A DNA stretch of 64,000 nucleotides from Felis catus (taxonomy: Eukaryota), in the NCBI RefSeq assembly GCF_018350175.1, contig NC_058368.1, positions 110,734,001 to 110,798,000 of the forward strand, in the 5' to 3' direction. Made by a program: the position numbers and the translations under genes. Numbering within the stretch: position 1 is the stretch's first letter; the number at the start of each line of letters is the position of its first letter. This document shows positions 59,627 to 64,000 of this stretch, in pieces. The notes below the pieces were generated by a model, which saw nothing but the letters and a program-made list of their open reading frames with translations, had not been told where the DNA came from and did no database searches.

Positions 59627-61575
59627 TTCTATGTTCACTCATGGGTCTGGGGACCTTTTTGTCCTGGAGGAGGCTCCTGCTAAGCTGGGATCACTCTCAA
59701 ACGCAAGAGGACCCCCAAAGCCTTTGAGTTGGGCAGATTCATCTTCCCATACAGCTTTCCCAAAGGAGGCTCATCCAAGCCAGATCCTATAACCTCAGAA
59801 GCTGAAGTGGGGGGGGGGGCATGGGCCCCTCCTCCTGTACCCTTTCCCCTCCCTACTGGGCTAAGACTTGCTGGAGCCTCCCCCCAACCCCCACCGCCCA
59901 ATGGGGATAACGTGAGATAGTAGCAAGCTCACATCCAGAAACGGAGACTGGGGGAACATAATGGGCAGGACCTTCTCCACATCTCCGTCGCCAAACTGAG
60001 CACTAGTAACCCCCAGCCCCCAACTCCCGGAAGGGAGGAAAAGTGGGCACTCCAGTCGTGAGGTAGGAGGCCGAGCCGCCCTGCTGAGCGGGCGCAGATA
60101 GAATCTGAACGCCGAGAAGGACGGCCCTGGCTCTTTGATCCGCAGCCAGCCAGGCTGGGCCTGGACCGGGAGGGGCGGGGCGGCCCTCTTCCGGCCCCGC
60201 TTTGCGCTGCTGCCAGGGGTCCTGTGGGGCTCTGAGCGGGAGAGGCGTCCAAGACACCCTCCCTCCCTAATACTCTCTGCCCCTGTGCCCTCGGGAGAGG
60301 TGGGAAAGTCTACACTGAATCCAACTCAGAAACCTGCTGGGGGCTGCGGTTCACTGCACAACGATCCTAAAGGATCTATGTTTTAACCAGATACAGTGGC
60401 CGAGCCAAGGCCAAGCGTCCTGTGGAGGCCCGAGTGGACATGACCCCGGGTGCCTTGTAGATGCGATGGAAGCCGGCACACGTTCCCGCGCTCTTCTGGC
60501 TCTAATAGAGCCTGCTGCTTGGATCTTGCGAGAGTCCGCCTGCGTCAGGCTCAGGGTCAATTGGCCCCATGGGAATGCGACTTCCCGTGTTGAGTTGCTT
60601 CGGACGACCCACCCCTCGTCGGAATCCCGCGGCCCACGTGGCTGCCCAATGCCTCGCATCCCTGCGCTGCAGATTCTAGGCGTGGAACTTAGTTTGGAGG
60701 GAGGGAGGAGTGGGGGGCTGAAAGATCGGCACCGGGTTTGGGGGATCCTTCCTCCTCGTCCTCTTGGCTGTTCCACGCCTCAGAGATGCCACAGGGCTGA
60801 GAAGCACGTCACAGGGTGTAATGCATTAGCACCGCATGCAACAGGCGCTCAGTAAATGTGTGAGGGGCATAATGCTTGTGTTCGCACTGTATGTGGGCAG
60901 CCTGGAAGGAAGTCCCAGATTGGTTTAGGGTTGCAGAATAGGGCAGAGAATGGGACTTTGAGGAACCTTAACCCTGCCAGCCGGTGTTGGAGAGCAGCTT
61001 CGAACAGCCTTCAACCTCTAGAAGCCCCCATTTTCAAGCCTTTGACGTACTGGCCGACGCAATTCACACCTTGGCTTGCGTTCCAGGTCACCCCCACGGC
61101 CTAGGTGGAGAAACCTGGGCGCAGAGCGGGGAATCCCATATTGTAGGTGAGAAAACAGGGTCAAGAGTCTCGTTCAGGGTCCCCGCGTTTCAGAAGGGTG
61201 AGCCTGTCGGACGCTTCACAGCTACGCCCGCGAGAGCTAGCCCTTTAAGATTGCGCGCGCGGGTCGCGTCCCGGCCTCTCCGAGGAGAGGAGGGGCGGGG
61301 CGGTTGGCCACGCCCCCGGTCCGGCCCGCCCCCGGCGTCCCCGCCCCGCCCCCCGCACTGAGCCGGCGGCGCCTTTGATGTTCGGACCCGCCAGCTCCCG
61401 GAGCCGCTCAGCCTGGCGCCCGCGCCCCGCGCCCGCAGCCCGCCCAGGCGGAGTCAGCCCGCGCTCCGCCCGCCGCGCTTCGGGCTCGGAGGTCCGGACT
61501 CCGGGCTCGCCGCCTGCCGGGCCGGCTCCGCGCCCCGCACTCCCGCGCGCCGCGCCCCCGCGGGCGGAGCGCACC

Positions 61576-61827
61576 ATGCCGCAGCTGGACTCGGGCGGGG
61601 GCGGCGCGGGCGGGGGCGACGACCTCGGCGCGCCTGACGAGCTGCTGGCCTTCCAGGACGAGGGCGAGGAGCAGGACGACAAGAGCCGCGACAGCGCCGC
61701 GGGCCCCGAGCGCGACCTGGCCGAGCTCAAGTCGTCGCTGGTCAATGAGTCCGAGGGCGCGGCGGGCGGCGCGGGGGTCCCTGGGGCCGGTGCCGGGGCC
61801 CGCGGCGAGGCGGAGGTCGGGGCCGAG
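61576..61827 (+). CDS. TCF7: TCF7 (TCF-1) coding exon 1, beta-catenin-binding domain
   Basis: Kozak gcaccATGc; [60 protein letters not shown] matches the TCF7 N-terminus; donor GAG|GTGAGC at 61828. Confidence 0.97.
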
Positions 61828-61992
61828 GTGAGCGCCGGCCCTCGCCCTGCACCTCTCGCTCGCCCGCCGCCCCCTGTGCCCGGCTGGCCCCGCCCCGCCC
61901 TCCCGGTCCCCTGGGGTACCCATCCCTCAGACCCCTCCTGCCCCGGGCCGCGAGCCCCGCGCCCCTCACACCCCCTCTGGATCTCCCCGCAG

Positions 61993-62059
61993 GCTCTCGG
62001 GCGGGAACACGCGTCGCAGAGACTTTTCCCCGACAAACTTCCAGAGTCTCTGGAAGACG
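61993..62059 (+). CDS. TCF7: TCF7 coding exon 2 (67 nt)
   Basis: Acceptor ccccgcag|; [22 protein letters not shown](G); donor ACG|GTGAGT. Confidence 0.96.
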
Positions 62060-62199
62060 GTGAGTTACCGCCCTGTTCCCCTCCAGCCTCTAAGGCCCTG
62101 GTGGGAAAGGGGGTGGCACGGAGGACGGGGGTGGCGGGGGGGTGCACCCCGCAGGGCAACTAAAGGAGGCGGCAAAACCGGGGGGTGGGGTGGGGGCGG

Positions 62200-62340
62200 G
62201 TTTCCCGGGCGCCGCCGGGCTCGAGTCACTTCCGGTGCCCTGACCTTTATAGGAGTAAACAGACCCCCGCCATCTCCGCCTCCCCTCCTGCCCAGGTGAC
62301 TGACTAATCCCCAGTCTTGAGGAGAAAGCGTTGGCCCAGG
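62200..62340 (+). promoter_or_regulatory. TCF7: Candidate internal promoter / non-coding first exon for short TCF7 isoforms
   Basis: ETS CACTTCCGGT 62227-62236, TGACCTTT 62241-62248, TATA-like TTTATAG, forkhead GTAAACA 62255-62261; possible donors at 62296 and 62340. Short TCF-1 isoforms starting MYKxTVYS are established. Confidence 0.6.
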
Positions 62341-62560
62341 TTCCTTGGCCGGCGGGCGGGCTGGGGGTCAAGTAGGGGCCGCCCAGGGGAGGCCTGGACG
62401 CGGGGTCCTTCGTCGGAACTCGGTACCGAGGCACTCCCGGCGCTTTTTTTCTCAAGTCCCACTTGAACGGGACCCCTCGGCAATTCTTACTCTGGAGAGC
62501 AGACCCCTCCGGCCCTGACAGCCCGGGCGGGCGCGTCTGACCCAGCTGTGGTTTTTCCAG

Positions 62561-62685
62561 GCCTGAAGGCCCCGGAGTGCGCCAGCGGCATGTACAAAGA
62601 CACCGTCTACTCGGCCTTCAATCTGCTTATGCACTACCCACCCCCTTCGGGAGCAGGGCAGCACCCCCAGCCGCAGCCCCCACTG
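62561..62685 (+). CDS. TCF7: TCF7 coding exon 3 (125 nt), containing the short-isoform ATG at 62590; gene continues beyond the window
   Basis: Acceptor gtttttccag|; (G)LKAPECASGMYKDTVYSAFNLLMHYPPPSGAGQHPQPQPPL; donor CTG|GTAAGT. Exons 1-3 total 444 nt and are frame-consistent. Confidence 0.96.
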
Positions 62686-64000
62686 GTAAGTGGCCCCAGC
62701 ATCCCGCAGGCCGTGTGCCTGCTACCTCCTTGACCAGGTAGGTGAGGCATGGGCAAGTGTCTTGTGCCTAGAACAAAATAGATAAGTGAGAACTCTTTTC
62801 TGGTGTCTTTTCCCACATACACCCAGTGGGATGGGAAGCAGGAGAACTTTGCTGAAGGAAGGAGAGACCGCCCTAGGCACCCCCTTCCCTCCAGCTGTTG
62901 GCCTTTGTCCTCCCAGCTTGCTCACAAGCAGGTGCAGGCCCTGTCCTGATGCTAGGTAATGCCAGGGTAGAGTCTTTTCCGAGAATTTTTGAGCTGACAC
63001 CATTCCCTACCCTCCTGAGGTGCTGGTGTTCTGGTGTGGTCTGAACTGTGAACTTTGCAGTTGGCCTTTTCGCGGAGCCTGAGCCCCAAGCCTGGGTGTT
63101 TGGAGGAATGGGCAGAAATGCTGGTGTGCTTTAGAGCTCCCGGCTGTGCAGGAAAAACAGACTCGACTCGCTCTGTCCTTCTTGCCATGAATGCACCCTT
63201 GCCAGAGAAAGACCACAAATGCAGTGTGTAGAAAGTAGGTTTTTATGAGGCTGGTTTGCTTTCCTATGCACCAGGAAGGGCCTGCAGAGGTGTTTCAAAT
63301 CAGTGGTGTGGGTAAGGGACCTGTTGAATGATTTTGCTAATTAAATATATTTAAGCGCTTTGAAAGATTCCATGATCGTTACAAACCATGCTTTTCTGCC
63401 TCATTGGTACAGATGACCTGAAAGGTAGAAGAGCCTATTTTGAGTGCATTGAAGCAGTACAGCTGCACTTAAAAAAAAAAAAAAAAAAAAAAATTGAGAT
63501 TAGTGTTTCAGACTGTCCTCAGCTGGCCTAAATCAGGGGTGAGATTAGAGGTCCTACAGTACACTAAATGTTTGGGGGCTTGGGGCTGCAAGTGGAGGCC
63601 TCGTGCAGGAGGGGCCGGCAGGTAGGAGGCTCACATGGCTAGTGGGGGTCACCCTGAGGGAGGAGGGTGACTGCTGGGCCATTTCAGATCAGAAGTGAGG
63701 AGAGTTGGTTCTGAAAGCTGTTTTGATGCCGAAGCCGGTGGGAGGTGAGAAGACAGATTCTTCTCCCCAGAAACCCAGAATGGAAAACCTGGTAAACTGT
63801 TGACTCTAGAAATGAGCTCCTTGGCCCTTGGACTCCCCATTTTCTCAAATGCAGAAGGAGCGTGATGGTTGAATGGTCTCTCTGCTCTAGGGTGGCTCCG
63901 GTCTCTGAGGTGTTTGCTTCCTTCACGTCTGTGAGGGAGGCGGTTGCCCTTTGACCTCACCATCTCAGGCAACACCTCTTCCTAGAGACCTCCACCCTGC

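Larger units (their letters stand above)
61150..62700 (+). promoter_or_regulatory. TCF7: TCF7 CpG island and long-isoform promoter
   Basis: Very high GC/CpG content, multiple GC boxes at 61290-61355, TCF/LEF site CCTTTGATG at 61372-61380, directly upstream of the TCF7 ATG. Confidence 0.88.

Noticed and set aside
61813..61821. Alternative exon-1 donor GAG|GTCGGG at 61816
   Set aside because: Much weaker than GAG|GTGAGC 12 nt downstream; minor use cannot be excluded.
61245..62159. 304-aa antisense ORF over TCF7 exons 1-2
   Set aside because: Shadow ORF of a very GC-rich coding region.

Overview
This is mammalian genomic DNA, almost certainly from a felid (cat family), because it carries dozens of carnivore tRNA-derived SINEs including young SINEC_Fc-type copies. 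About 61 kb is non-coding sequence upstream of TCF7 (TCF-1). The first three TCF7 coding exons lie on the + strand at the right end (61576-61827, 61993-62059, 62561-62685). They sit in a CpG island containing the long-isoform promoter and a candidate internal promoter for the short, beta-catenin-blind isoform. No other protein-coding gene is supported; the remaining ORFs look like GC-rich or repeat-derived noise. The upstream region is a mosaic of transposon fossils (SINEC, L1, L2, MIR, L3/CR1, solo LTRs, MER elements), an orphan CpG island at ~19.5-20.3 kb, and several clusters of T-cell-type transcription-factor motifs (RBPJ, RUNX, TCF/LEF, GATA, NF-kB, AP-1). I found no evidence of a wholly new biological system. 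The best leads are a candidate Notch dimer (sequence-paired) site in TCF7 intron 3, a stop-free in-frame intron 1, candidate enhancers at ~26.5, ~31 and ~35-37 kb, the orphan CpG island, and repeated retrotransposition into identical target sites. Motif calls are by eye and short motifs occur by chance; repeat subfamily names and ends are approximate.
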